From Callorhinchus milii (taxonomy: Eukaryota), in the NCBI RefSeq assembly GCF_018977255.1, contig NW_024704742.1:6946001-7010000 (forward strand): a DNA stretch of 64,000 nucleotides. Reading direction: 5' to 3'. The notes below the pieces were generated by a model. The model was given only the letters and a program-made list of their open reading frames with translations, was not told where the DNA came from and did not search any database. This document shows positions 35,250 to 48,012 of this stretch, one piece after another; position 1 is the stretch's first letter, and each line of letters starts with the position of its first letter. A program made the translations under genes and the position numbers.

Positions 35250-35672
35250 CAACAACAAAATGATATTAGTCGGGAGGACATCCCAAGGTGCTGAACAGTT
35301 GAGGATCAGGACCCGAGCGTGCGGGGGGTGGGGGTAGGGATGGGGTGAGGGAGCCAGAGAGGTAGGAGGCTGGCTGAAGGTACGGTCGAAAAGGAGGGTC
35401 TTGAGCGGTGCCTTCGAGGAGGCGAGGGAGGGAGCGAGGCGAAGGGATTGTGGGATGGTGTTCCAAAGGGTGGGGGCAGAGAAGCTGAAAGCCCGGTCGG
35501 CGATGGTAGGTCGAGTCGGACAGGAGACGTGGAGCAGTCCGGAGCCTGTGAATGGAAGGAGCAGACAGAAGGGGTAGCAGGTCAGAGAGGTAGAAGGAGG
35601 AGGAAAGTCCGTGGAGGGCCTTGAAAGTGAGGTCGAGGATTTTGAATTCTATCCTCTGAGGGATGGGGAGCC
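35250..35672 (-). mobile_element. L2 LINE 3' fragment (type-1 tail)
   Basis: Reverse encodes RIQ..FQGPP frameshifted C-terminus; GGGAGGACATCCCAAGGTGCTGAAC tail. Confidence 0.8.
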
Positions 35673-35830
35673 CAATTAATACAAATTAATCGGGGCTGGC
35701 ATTTGGTTCGATTTACCTGACGTCTGGAGTTAACCAGCGTCCAACTAAAGCGGATCCCGCTGTATCTGATAAGATAAACATGAGTATTGCATTGATGGCT
35801 GTCAGATGAGTAACAGGACAAGGAGGGGTA

Positions 35831-36770
35831 GAATAATATTCCAAAAATGGAACAGGTTACATGTTTCAGTATTTCACTGCATAAAATAATACTAAATAAA
35901 ATGACTCTTTGCATGCAGGTATGTGAGTCATACGATATAACTTCTGATGGGAGAAGTTGGGAGAAGAGTTTGAGATACGCAAAATACAAAATTTAGCAGA
36001 AAGAAGAGCTTTTGGGTGTTACATCCAAGCTCGACGATGCAAACTCCTTGTTTGACGTCCTCCCCAACTCTTCTCTCCATAGACTGCAGATCATCCAGAA
36101 CTCTGCAGCCCGTGTCCTCTCCCGCACCATCTCACCCCCATCCTCGCCTGACTCCACTGGCTTCCCATCACACAGAGGATACAGTTCAAGTTCGTGGTCC
36201 TCACCTTCAAAGCCCTCCAGGGTCTTGCTCCCCCCTACCTCTGTGACCTATTAAACCCCTACCATCCTGCCCACTCCCTCTGTTCAGCATGCTCCGGCCT
36301 GTTTCACGTCCCCCACCTCACTCGCCCTACTATTGGCAGGCGAGCCTTCTGCCACTCTGCCTCCAACTTCTGGAATTCCATCCCGCAGTCCCTCCGCCTC
36401 ACCCCCTCTCTTGCCTCCTTCCTTTTGATCTCCCTGATTCCCCCCTGCCCTCCACCCTCCCTGATCCTGACCCCCAGCTCGGGTCCGAAACTCTGTTTGT
36501 CCAGCGACTTGGCACGTCCTCCCGATGTGAAAGGCGCTTTACAAATGTAATTTTGTTGTTGTTGTTACTGTACTTCAAATTTATTAAATATTTGAATATA
36601 TAATTCTGACCAGGAGCCCGTTGTTCCGTAGTAAAAGGCTTAATAACTAACATTTGCTGTAATACCATGTGACTCACATATCTGCATGCAAATAATCATT
36701 TTATTTAGTATTATTTTATGCACTGAAATATTGAAACATGATAACGAATGTTCCCGTTTAATATATTCCC
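35831..36770. repeat. ~100-bp inverted repeat arms (35831-35935 and 36663-36770)
   Basis: CATGTTTCAGTATTTCACTGCATAAAATAATACTAAATAAAATGACTCTTTGCATGCAGGTATGTGAGTCA versus TGACTCACATATCTGCATGCAAATAATCATTTTATTTAGTATTATTTTATGCACTGAAATATTGAAACATG. Confidence 0.85.
36020..36567 (+). mobile_element. L2 LINE ORF2 C-terminus + 3' tail (type 1)
   Basis: TSKLDDANSL...LHRLQIIQNSAARVL, frameshift, LTFKALQGLAPPYLCDLL...TIGRRAF...WNSIP; (TTG)n tail. Confidence 0.92.
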
Positions 36771-37559
36771 ATTTATAAAATACAGCTGCTCTGGTGTGGT
36801 TCCAAGCATATCATCAGGATGGCGGATCAATTCCTATTGAAAGCTTAATTTAAGTGATGCACATTCTACTGAAGGAGTCGCAAACAGTCCACACGAGCAC
36901 ATAAACTGGTCTTACGTAAAAACGGCTATGAATAACATGCTGTTACCAGTGACATACCTGTGGAGCTATTCTGTCTGTGCAGCACTATCAACCAAACACA
37001 ATGAATAACCAGAATGCTCAATGCATGTCTGTCCTGCAGTGAAAATTACTATCATATGAGTTTATTCAAACCAAATAAGCAAAGGTCAGGTTACATAATT
37101 CCTGGAAAAAAGTGAACTTTTTTTTAAAGATTGTGCCGCAGTCACATTGCATTAAATGACATTGAATCAAGACAGGTTTGAGAAAGTGCAGAGTGAAAGA
37201 GTGAGATCTGCAGTCTGTTCTTTTGTTCAGTTACGCTCTCCTCAACAGACAAGAGAAGTGACTTTCCGTCCAGTGATAGCTTGTCATTGTGCTGTCTTGC
37301 TTTTGTATTTGGTCTGCTGGTGAGAATAAAGGACTCTGTCCTCACCCACAACAACAACTCACATTTATATAACACCTCTCAAGTACGTCTAGATCCCTAC
37401 CTTCCAGTACTGGTCACTGGAGAGCAAATTGGAGCAGGGAAAAGGAGCGTTCACTTTTTGCCAGCAATTGTGTAACCTGGGCATAGCTTATTTGGCTTGA
37501 ATAAAATCACACGATAGTAATCGTATAAAAGAAGTGTAGCACCTCTACTCCTCCCTAAA

Positions 37560-37650
37560 CATGCATGCTGCCTGACCCGCTGTGTGTTCCCAGCGACTTC
37601 TGTGTTTACACCAGATTTCCAGCATCTGTAGTACTTCGCCTTTTGTATAT
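37560..37650 (+). mobile_element. Penelope-like element terminal fragment (common chondrichthyan repeat); second stub at 61485-61532 on minus
   Basis: ATGCTGCCTGACCCGCTGTGTGTTCCCAGC...CAGATTTCCAGCATCTGTAGTACTTCGCCTTTT; class assignment from memory. Confidence 0.5.
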
Positions 37651-38276
37651 TATGAGAGATGAGCTAAACTGGAGCAGAAAATATCTCAGACCCACATACT
37701 CTGCACAACCACTGAATAAACCTGGGAGACATCCGTTCAGCACACACCATTGCTGAGGAGTGACAAGCAGCATGCATGTGTATCACAGTGAATCTGCAGG
37801 AAAACCGTCGGTTTCAGGCAATGAAAGTTCCGAATTCACAAACGAAGCCAAGTAGGTCAGTTTGCGTCATCTCCATGCGAGTGAGGCACGCTCCCTAGAA
37901 GCTTCACATTCCTACACGCGCAGATTTGTTCTACACAGGGTTCCTCGCTTCCGAACTCTTAAATTAACACACGACAACCGGACTGCAGGGGTTAAAGTTA
38001 GCAGCTGTGTGGAGTGCAACTGACTCCCTGAAGCACTTGATATATTCTGACATCGGCACATAATAATACTCCTCGTCTTGATATAGCGTCTTATCACTTC
38101 ATAGAGACGTCTCAGGATGTACTGTAAAGTGGATTCACTGTATATTGTGTGGGTGAAGCACAGCAGCCAGTTACGCATAGCAAAGTCCCACATGGAGTGA
38201 GTAGCTCCAATTTTACTTCGGGGGGGGATTGTTGGCCAGAACACCGGAAGAAACTCCCTTCTCTTTTTGATTAGAG

Positions 38277-38431
38277 CAGTGGTTGCCAACCTTTATGGTC
38301 GACCAACAAAATACATTTTTTTGATTAAATATTTCTTGATTTATGCCCTAAATCAAGAAAACCAATTAAGAAAAGCCTGGAAACGCATTGATTAATTGAA
38401 CGGACTTACCTAGACTAGAGCGAATGTTTGG

Positions 38432-38465
<34 letters not shown>

Positions 38466-38479
38466 GGGGGGGGGGGGGG

Positions 38480-38518
<39 letters not shown>

Positions 38519-38553
38519 TGATGGCCCCACGAGCCACAGATTGGTTACTACTA
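38277..38553. mobile_element. Non-autonomous hAT (Charlie-like) MITE
   Basis: TIRs CAGTGGTTGCCAACCT / AGATTGGTTACTACTA (11/16); 8-bp TSD GATTAGAG / GAATAGTG. Confidence 0.7.
38434..38516. repeat. 83-nt poly-G tract with two interruptions
   Basis: Direct reading. Confidence 0.95.
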
Positions 38554-39839
38554 GAATAGTGCCAGGGGATCTTTAACAGCCACCTGAACAGGCAGATAGG
38601 ACCTTACCTTGGTTTAAAGTCTCATCCGAAGCACGGCATCTCCGATAATGCAATAATACCCCCCCGGCACTGCATTAGAGTATCAGCTTAGACGATGCGA
38701 TTCCAAGTCCCGACGTGGGGCTTGAACCCACAATCTTCTGACTCAGAGGTGAAAGTGCTACCACTGTGCCGGGCTGACACATAATCCTCAAAGAGTTGAC
38801 TGCAGCATAACAAGAAAAATTGCTGGGCAGATTTTTCTTCAGAAATGCATAAAATGGGAAGATTTGTATTCTGCAAATTTACTTCTTTTAACAAAAACCC
38901 ATGGTTTTGCATATTTCTGGAAGGCTTTTTTTGTCAAATGTTATGTCCCATTGCCAACAGGCCTTAATATCCTGCCCTGATTTTCTCTAAATCTATTTGC
39001 AATTCCGAGTCTGTTCTTCATTGCTTTAGTTCTGCCTTGGGTTGAGTTGATGTTATGGCATCAGTTTGTCTTGGATTGTTACCATTTAGTTCATTTTTCA
39101 AGCCACTTCAATGCTCTGGCTTCCGAGCTTCAGGCTGATTCCCCCTCCCACTCCCCCACAAAGCCCCAACTCCCCCACTCAACCCCACCAGAGTATTAGA
39201 GCAGCTTCAGTAAGATGTTCCACTGATCGGAAATAGTCTCCTGGCAGACTCAGTTGGGGTCTTGTTGCTTCTGAGTGCCAGACTCTTGAAGACTGCAGTC
39301 TCTTGCCTTATCTCAGGGTTCTCCTCACAATTGGCAAATTGTTCCAGATGCCAAGCTGCAACAATTGTTTAATATCCTATTCCCCACCTGTCACCTTGAA
39401 CTTGCTTTGTATTCGAGTCCGTTGGTCTTGTCAGAAGGTGTCTTTCAATTGGCTTGTGTCAGTACTCAAGATATCTGCGGGGGGGGGGAGGTGTAGCTCA
39501 TACTAGCCAGCTTTTATTTTCTGCTGACGTGGCCTCAAAATGATTATTTGCTGTGCCGACCTTTTAAGGGGCAACTTATTCTCAATTACTGTGCACACTA
39601 CAGAAATGTGGCTAGCACAGAACTGATTTGATATGATGCAATTTAATTTAGAGAAATTTCTTTACGTTTGCAGTAACAGGGCAATGTAACTATGTCAATC
39701 TCATTAGCTAAGTCCAGTAATTAATGAAGAACATGCATCTTAAAAGGCTCTTTTGGACCAGCGCTAGAATTAGCCCTTACAAAGTTGAAAATACAATTTA
39801 TTATCTTCATGCCCAGTTTTGCCCAACTTCAGGTCACGT

Positions 39840-39985
39840 CTGAAGACCTTCCTATTCGACCATGCCTACAGTCACCTTCCCCCTCACCCCCAGCATGGCA
39901 TCATGCTCCACCAATGTCAAGCACTCTGAGACGTTACTTTGCCTGAGGAGCGCTATATAAGTGCAAGTTCTTGTTGTTGTTTTGT
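39840..39985 (+). mobile_element. L2 3' end (type 2)
   Basis: CTGAAGACCTTCCTATTCGACC (LKTFLFD)...GTCAAGCACTCTGAGAC...GTGCAAGTTC(TTG)n. Confidence 0.7.
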
Positions 39986-40254
39986 TGAGATACATTTTCC
40001 CTTCTTTTTGGTCCCCCTTGATGCACATTCCATGCAGTAGAGAGGAGAGATGGGGAAGGGAAATTAAGTAAAAGGAGAGGATGGAAGGAAAGTGAAAGGA
40101 GAGGAGGGAGGGGAGGAGAGGGACATAGTGTCGGATAGCCATATGGATTGCTTCAGGAAAACCATCCTGTGCAGACTGCTCACATGTGCACTTTTTCCAG
40201 CATTTGCAGATCAGGGATAGACACGAGTACAACTGGGGGAGGGAGGTTTTACAA

Positions 40255-40450
40255 CTGGCCAACAATCCCCCAGATAAGATTGGTCACTCAATCATGGTTG
40301 TCAGTGGGACATTGCTGTGGTGCAAATCGGCTGCCACATTCACCTACAAAATACATAGTTATTCCACTTTACAGTATATCCTGTGAAGCCCTTTGAGGCC
40401 TTTTGACGATGCGATAAGGAACTATATTAAATGCAATGATTATTATTTTA
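40255..40450 (+). mobile_element. Family B SINE 3' half
   Basis: CTGGCCAACAATCCCCCAGATAAGATTGGTCACTC...tail. Confidence 0.75.
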
Positions 40451-43019
40451 TGTTTCGCTGGCTGGCATTCTCTCCAACTTTGCCAGCTTCGGACTCAAAT
40501 GAGAGAAATGGGTCGTCATGTCAGTGCAAGCAGATCATTTAATGGGGTATTAAAGGTGCTATACTAAATGTGAGGCTCATTATTGTTATTGTTATTAACT
40601 TGACTCACGAGTGCGTCCTTCCTAGATATTTTCGTCTTCTTCTAGGGGAATGATCGGGTCTCGACAACTGCCCCGGGTGGGGGATATGAAATCAGGAGCT
40701 CGCTTCACAGGGATTCCCACATCCCCTCATTCTGCGGTACAGAATTCCTGTGAGTGGCCTCCAGCAGGAAATTCCCTGACCTTGACAGTCACCCATTTAT
40801 AATAATGGCGAGAATTGAAACATCAGCTCATGTCCTCAAGGTCAATAAATGCACTGATCAGCAGAGAACAATATGCATTCACCTCTGCTTTATTTACCAG
40901 CTGGCAGAAAATAAGCCCCTTAATTGTTCTCACGCTGAAGGAATGAGTCATTTTTAAAGCAACGTAAAAAGTTATGACCAACGTTGACTGATGTTAATGA
41001 CTGCACCGTCTCACCCTGTGATAAATGAAATCAAGGTGGTCCTATGATAGAAATGAAAGAGCAAAACAGTTCAATACGAAAGACCGATGGGTGCACTTAG
41101 TCATGATTCATCACCGGGTCTTTTTTAAGCACACCAAAAAAAAAGTGCTTGATCAGCACTGAACTGGCACCATTCCTTCTTTCCTTTGACGTTACTCAGG
41201 GTTAGGCTGGGGAGAAAGGTCTGGGAGATAAAAAGGGAATTGGATCTGGATAAGCTCGGGTTCAGAAGTCAGCATATCCATTAGATTTATTCCAGAGACG
41301 TCTGGGGCCGTTGTTTGTTTCGAATTTCAATAATATTTCTTTAAAAGGGATTATTATATCAAAAGCATTTCCAAGCAAGATGGTCAAGGCAGACCTTGTG
41401 GTTGTGTATAAGTGCGTGTAAAACTGTGCTGGTAGCATGCCATTAATCACAGCAGCGAGCTCCTCTTGATTCTGATTTATGAAGTATGATTTATCAAAGC
41501 CTCGAAAAGACACTCCTACTCAAAGAAATTCTTCTCATCCAGTGTTTCCACGAAGCTAGCTACTTGTGGAACAGAGAGAGAAAGAGGCATGTCGTGAGCA
41601 AAAAAGAATGCTGATAATCCGTGTTGTGGTCATTCAGCTAAAAACTCTCGTGCTTCTGCAGCACTTTGCACAAAACCTCCATCACTGAACAGTTCTAAGA
41701 CAGACCAATTTATCTGTGCTCAATATTAAAGGAGAAGGTATTGTATCCTAACGACTGTATAAATTGCCAGCGTTTTAAAGGCCACCTGAATGTTGACTTG
41801 TATCATTGACCACCATGACTCATGTCAGCATTGCCGAACTCCCCTCCATCCTCCTTTGCAACAGAGCTTTGAGCCGTGTTTCCTACGTAAAAGGCAGTAT
41901 ACGAGTGCAAGTTGTTGCTTGCTAATTTCACTGGTGTCAGAAGTGGCCCCTTCACGCCCAACACATGGGAGATAAATTCCACCTGGGGCTATATTAACTC
42001 TATTTGTGTAGAATTTTAGAATGTCCAGAACTCGGAAAATTCTTGAATGCAGCTTTAATTTGAAATCTAACTCCAGGGTGANTTTTTCCCTGCCAATTCC
42101 CACATCAACCGCCATTTATTTCCAAACTTCTTAGAATTGTTAACTGCTTTGAGCTGTGCGCCTACGCTCACTAAAAATAGGATTGACGCTGTTCCCAAAG
42201 CATTTAATGCTTGGGTCTCTTTTATCCCATCCATTCTGGAGATGATTTGAACCAAGGTCTGAAAGTGCAAACTGTGCTGCAATGTTGGCCAGTTTTCTTG
42301 TATTGTATGAATTGTTACTGCTAGACTGCTTGCAGGCCCTCATATGAGGAACACATTTATTGCTGCAGCTTTCATCCCAAGCCAGCAAACGGAGAATTTC
42401 TACTGTAGATAATCCACTGTATCACAGAGCAACGATAACTGAAGCTGTCGATTGTTACATCAAGTAAGACCGCAGACGCCAGGAGAATACACCTCTTACG
42501 AGCAGACCCTCCTAGCATACTAAACAAGGGCAGACTGGGACTGAGCAGCCAAATAATTCAGCACAGAGTATGGGAGAGGGAGCCAGCTGGGTTAGTTTGA
42601 ATAAGCAAGATCTTTTGCATTTTAATTCATTGAAAGTTTACTGCTGCAATGGTACGAATTTGTGGAGATTCGCACAGTTTAGGTTTGTCAGTGCCTTACC
42701 TACCTACACAAGGAGGAAGGAAGCAAGCGCTGGAATGACAATGTCCATGGAATAGCTCCACGTGAAAGGAAATGGGTTATTTTCAGCTTCTGTAAAAATC
42801 AAAACAAATATCATAGGACTTGGACTGTTAACCCTTTCGACGCTGGTAGCCCTTTCCAAAACATACGCATCAATACCCACATCTGTACAGTCTGGATATT
42901 AAACTCGTGAAATGCCATTTAATTCCATAGTATATCCTGTTTTAAGATTGGGTGCCCAAAATACAGAGTTATGTGTGTTGTATCAGACAAACAAGGGATA
43001 TACAGCCATTGCACACCGT

Positions 43020-43160
43020 CACATAATCTAATCCAATCAGCAAGATCACATGGATTTTCGACAAGAAAATGTGACACTACAATTAGTATCTTAATATCAT
43101 GACAGAATTACAAGTAATGACAAAGATCAGACATGTACAAGTATAATATAGTGTACTGGC
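43020..43160 (+). mobile_element. Highly decayed CR1 RT fragment
   Basis: ATCACATGGATTTTCGACAAGAAAATGTG resembles the SQHGFRKGKSC motif. Confidence 0.35.
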
Positions 43161-44754
43161 TGTGGCATTTAACCAGACACCTGAGCTCAAAGTGGATTAA
43201 ACACAATTTCTGTATCTTTGGCCACTTGACACCAAAAGAATACAATTTGTTCTCCTCACAGATATTGCCTCTAATGGTAAGATTTCAAGAACTATAGTCT
43301 GCAAGGAATATTATTCAGAAGAAGCCTTTAAAAGGTGTAATCATGGTCTCAGTCCTGTGACACAAAGCCCAAATGGATAGGAGAGAGCAATTTAAATCAA
43401 AATACACTGAAATAGTACAGGCATGTGATTCGGGTTCGGACCATGACCCAATGGGGAGAATCTCCCTCCCCACACCTCTGCTACTTGCAGTTAATGGTCA
43501 AAATCAGATTGGGAGAGGAAGAGGAATGCTAGTCTTAATAAAGTGAGCAATAAAGGGTTGGCAAATGTAACCTTTCCTTCCCCTTTCAAGTCTTTTCAAC
43601 TAGTTTCAGCATCAAGGACTCTCATGCAGTCTATCAGTATATAATCCTTGCATTGGACTGAGTGTTGTGCCTTATCGACTCATCTCAGTTTAACGTGTCG
43701 TTTGAAGCATGGCACCTCCAACCATTGAACAACACCCCAACCGGACTGCATTGGAGTATCAGTCTAGAGTCGAGTGTGAAGTCCTGTTCTGGGGCTTGAA
43801 CCAGCAAGAAAACGCAATCACTCCCCAGATAACAACATCTTTCACGCACCACAGGCTTCTCTAAACCAGTAAACCCTTCCACCGTATCATCAGCAGTCAA
43901 TTTTTAAGATGGTGTTAAAACTAATCCCTATTCCCTGTAAATTGATTGCTGAAAGTTGGTGGAGCTTCCTGAACAAGCAACGTGTTTTGAATCGCTATTG
44001 TTTTCCAATAGGAAACCGTACACCCACCGCTGAAAAGACTGCTCGCCCAGTGTTGCCGTTACTCTTTTCACTGCTTCCCCAGGATTTGTAGCAGTTTAGT
44101 TCAGTGGACTGTGGAAGAGAATGGAGAGGTACCGGCCTTGAACCAGAGGAACTCTCCTTATGTCAGTCTGGTCTGACAATACACGCACACCAGAATACTA
44201 TGCAGGATGTCAGAACAACAAGGTTTCAATGTACGATTTTAAAAAGAAATATATTTTTTAGTGCAGTACTTGTCCAGTTAGGGACATCCTACCCACGAGG
44301 ACTTTGGCACAGAGGGTGGAGGATATGTCAATACAGTAAAACTTGCACAAGTCGTATCACGTCGGGACCATCACATTTAAGACGTCTTTCACACGAAGCA
44401 TGAGTTGCAGGCAAACTTGTATTAGTCGGATTTTATATGACTAAAACATAACAGTCAACAAGTAGCTAGTTTTCCGCGCTTGTTTCAACAGAGTACACTG
44501 TATTGTACTGTGCAGACGCTACTTCATTATTGCGGCCACTAAGTGTGCATGCAGTGACCGGTCAAGACTTTGTTTCCCACGATTCAATGTAGCCGGTAAG
44601 TGCGGTAATGGAGTTAAGTGCGGGGTTAGGATTTGCCTAGGATTTAGGATGTATTTGGGACCAAGAAACTATTGCAATTTAGTCACACTGGTAGAAAACT
44701 TAATGGAACTCGTGTGCACGTACGTCTATGGCAATTATACGATTTACAAAGATA

Positions 44755-45270
44755 ACAACAACTACTTGCATTTATTTTGCGCCCTTCACGCGGGGTGAAG
44801 TCCCGGAGCGCTTGACAGTGGTGGAGTCTGACGCCGGGCCAGGGAGAGAGGGAGTGGGGAGGGAGGTGACCATAAGCACCATCAAATAAGGTCTTTAGGC
44901 AGGATTTGAAGTTGGGGAGGGAGGGAGGGGGGCAAGGCGGAGGGAATGTGGGAGAGAGCTCCAGAGCTTCGGGGCGTAGTGGCTGAAAGCAAGGTCACCG
45001 ATGGTGTAGCGGAGGGGACAAGGGACGAACGGGAGGCCCGGGGCCGGCCGAGCGGAAGCAGCGGGTGGTGGAGTGGGGGGGGTAAGCAGATCGGATAGGT
45101 AGGGAGGTGCGAGGGCATGAAGTGATTCGAAAACGAGTGAGGGGATCTTGAAATTGATCCGTTCGGTAATTGGGAGCCAGTGGAGCCTGGCAAGGACTGG
45201 TCTGATGGGGGTACAGAGTTTTGTGCCGGTGAGTATCCGGGGGGACGGAATTTTGAATTAATTGACTTAT
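44755..45270 (-). mobile_element. L2 LINE 3' fragment (type-2 tail)
   Basis: Reverse of LHWLPITERINFKI motif (GAAATTGATCCGTTCGGTAATTGGGAGCCAGTGGAG); tail CTTGCATTTATTTTGCGCCCTTCACGCGGGGTGAAGTCCCGGAGCGCT. Confidence 0.88.
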
Positions 45271-47271
45271 GCTTTAGGCAGAGGGATAAGACTTACACGA
45301 GTTTTATTGTACCTCCACGTCTCACTGAAGAGCCAGACAAGCTGGTCAACTGTCAACAGTGCCCGACTTTCATAAACTGCGCTCGCTTCAAATAAATAGA
45401 CTGAAACAATATGCACAAACACAAGTGAGTGGGAATGAATCAAAGCCACTCCAATCTGGTTGAATTTGAACCCCTGACCCTTCAAGAGTTGTGCCCACGG
45501 ACTTGTAAGAGGTTTCAACGTTTCAGGTATTTTTTTTTTGCGTTGAGCACTGAAATATTTCTCATTTTTGTTTTCCTTCAGACGTTTGCGAAAATGCAAC
45601 TGGCCGTTTGAATTTACTCTTCTTAAAATAAGTCTGTTACCATCTGTCATGAAACGAACAACTGTTACAAAAGGTAAATTCAAAGCACGCAAAAATCTCA
45701 GGAGATTGCATTTTCCCCCAACTTGTCCCTCAAACTCGAATCCGGAACGTTCAGCCTTTCATAGAAGCGACAGATAATTCCTAGAGGAACGTGTACAAAG
45801 TAAAATATGCTCAGCAATAAAACCAACATAGGTTCACAAACAATAAATTTGAAGCAATATGGCTTTGTTTAAAGCTGAGATGAATTACAAAGTTTTAATA
45901 CAATCTGTGAAAACAGCTATGGATTCTTCAAGTCTTTCTACGAAACAAAGGAGCTTCCACTCAACCCCGTGGGTAGCCGCACAAAGGAGTAATTGTTTTT
46001 AAATAAATAGATAAACATTTGTTTTGTTTTACTGCCACTAGCCTGCAATGACTCATATTGGATCAGTCGCGTTTTACCAAGCAGTAACAAGTCGGGAGTC
46101 AGCCAGTGACGGAACACAGAGAGCAGTGTTTCCATTCACAGCTTTGTTTCAAACCTTCCCTTGTTTTTTCTCAACAAACCATATCACAATGCCGCACACT
46201 CTCCTCCCATAACTGCAGCTGTCAATACCGCGCTACTCACACGCTGAAAGCTCCCAGTCCCAAGTTAGTCTTCCCATGAAAATCAAGTCAATGACCTGAC
46301 TCCACATCTCTTGTGAGACAACTCCCAGCAGTCATTTTCTTACCCGGTTCTCACGTGTTTCAAATGTTGAGTCTCCTCGTTATCCAATACATAATGCATT
46401 AATCCCCTTCTATCTGAGTTAACCATGAATGATTTGATTGTGAGCGATTAGCCATAGTTTTTTTCCTGCTTAGAAAAATTCAGGGAATGTTAAGATATAT
46501 CTCGCCCCCAAAGCCTGTTCTCGCCTCGCTATCAAATCGAGTGGAAGAGAAATGTCTTTTGTTTCCTTTGGCCCTCAAGAAACTTGAGGCAATAAAAGTG
46601 TAAAGATTTTCTCAATCTTTTGTCAACTTAAAAGGCTCTGTTTAGTCAATCTCTGTCACTTTAAGAAAACAGAAGAAGAGAAGAAGCACTGTACATAAAT
46701 ACACTTTTGGGGGCCAACCGAGAACTCTTGATACACAGAATTAAACAGTAACGTTTAAAGGAGTCGCATTTAAAAGATTCCATAAAAGGCTGAATACAGG
46801 TCATTTCACAGTGACCATAGAAACAGCAGAAAAGGTGGAAAATTCAGTGCAGGGAACTTCAGATGACTTTATCAAAGTGTCACTAATCAAGACCCAAAGA
46901 CACAGGGTTTTAGTGTTTTGACTAACCAGCAGAATAACTCTCAAAAGCCTAATGACCCTCTAAGAGCACTAGTTTAAATGCGTTCTCAACAGTACGCTAA
47001 ATGAAATAATGCTCATTACTCGCTCTCAAGATTAGTCCCATACAAATCACAAGCATGCAGTTGAGTTACTGACTTTAATACAAAGAGATGTGAGGGCTCA
47101 AAGGAACGGGAGAGAAAGGTTTACAGAAAGCCGTGAAACAAAAAAGCAGACTTTTTGCTCTATTTGTTTGTGTTTAGGAGTACTGCATAAAAAAATGATG
47201 AGACTGTATGAAAGCGAAGCAGTGTCTCCCTATATCCTTCCTGTCTATTCATATTTGCCGTGTGTAATTTA

Positions 47272-47755
47272 TATATTTTGGTGAGCCGGGTGTCTGACAC
47301 AAGGAGAAACCCAATTCTATGTTTAGAAGTGTCCAAACTAGACAAAGTTCCACACGTGTATGCCACCTATCTACACCTATGACAAGGGCTAAGGTTCGGG
47401 AACCACGTTGGGTCACCGTTGGGAGTTTAACCAGCTAAAGCTGCACAGCTTGCCATTGATATTGCTGTCTGGCAAGCTTCCCGCTGCTTGTCCAGCTAGG
47501 ACTACCTTACCAGTTAGTGCTTTGGCTTGTAGAGTTAATAATAATAATAACAGGAACCAAGTGGGAAGAAGCTCTGCTCCTCCAAGTCCTGCCGATTGGA
47601 CAGACAGGTTTGTCATTAGCTTTGGAGTACAGCACACCTGCCGGGCTCAGGAATCAAACCGCCGAGACTATCGCAAAGGATCATCTGAATTCCCGCATTG
47701 CCAAACACGTAACCTTGGAGCCAGCTTGGACCCAAAGAAGACCCTGTGTACTTCC
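47272..47755 (-). mobile_element. Family C retroposon, near full length with internal deletion
   Basis: TTTTGGTGAGCCGGGTGTCTGACAC terminus; collinear with 3270-3858. Confidence 0.8.
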
Positions 47756-47787
47756 CCACAAGAGGGACAGAATACATTTCGTTTTTA

Positions 47788-48012
47788 AAAAATAATCCTT
47801 GCATTTGATCTCGTGCCTTATCACGTCTTCGAGACGTCTTAAAGCGCTTCACAGAATGTACTGTAAAGTGAATTGACTGTATATTTTGTGGGTCAATTGC
47901 ACACAGCAGTATCCCACAAACAGTCATGGATTGAAGTGACCAANTTTTTTTAAGGAATTATTACCACCGGAATAAAGATCCGCCAATCGACTTACAACCG
48001 GGTTCCTACTTA
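47788..48012 (-). mobile_element. Family A SINE lacking head
   Basis: Tail through CAACCGGGTTCCTACTTA. Confidence 0.88.

Larger units (their letters stand above)
38058..38780 (-). mobile_element. Family B Deu-SINE, full length, split by a hAT MITE
   Basis: Tail and Deu 3' part at 38058-38276; Deu 5' part and tRNA head at 38554-38780. Confidence 0.85.

Noticed and set aside
36012..36603. Protein-coding gene from overlapping ORFs
   Set aside because: Frameshifted, 5'-truncated L2 ORF2 remnant
37560..37650. Penelope-associated hammerhead ribozyme
   Set aside because: The CUGANGA...GAAA core is absent from this fragment
44330..44660. Tigger-like MITE and telomere-like GGGTTAGG motifs
   Set aside because: Termini too degenerate to pair confidently; only a single imperfect telomeric unit
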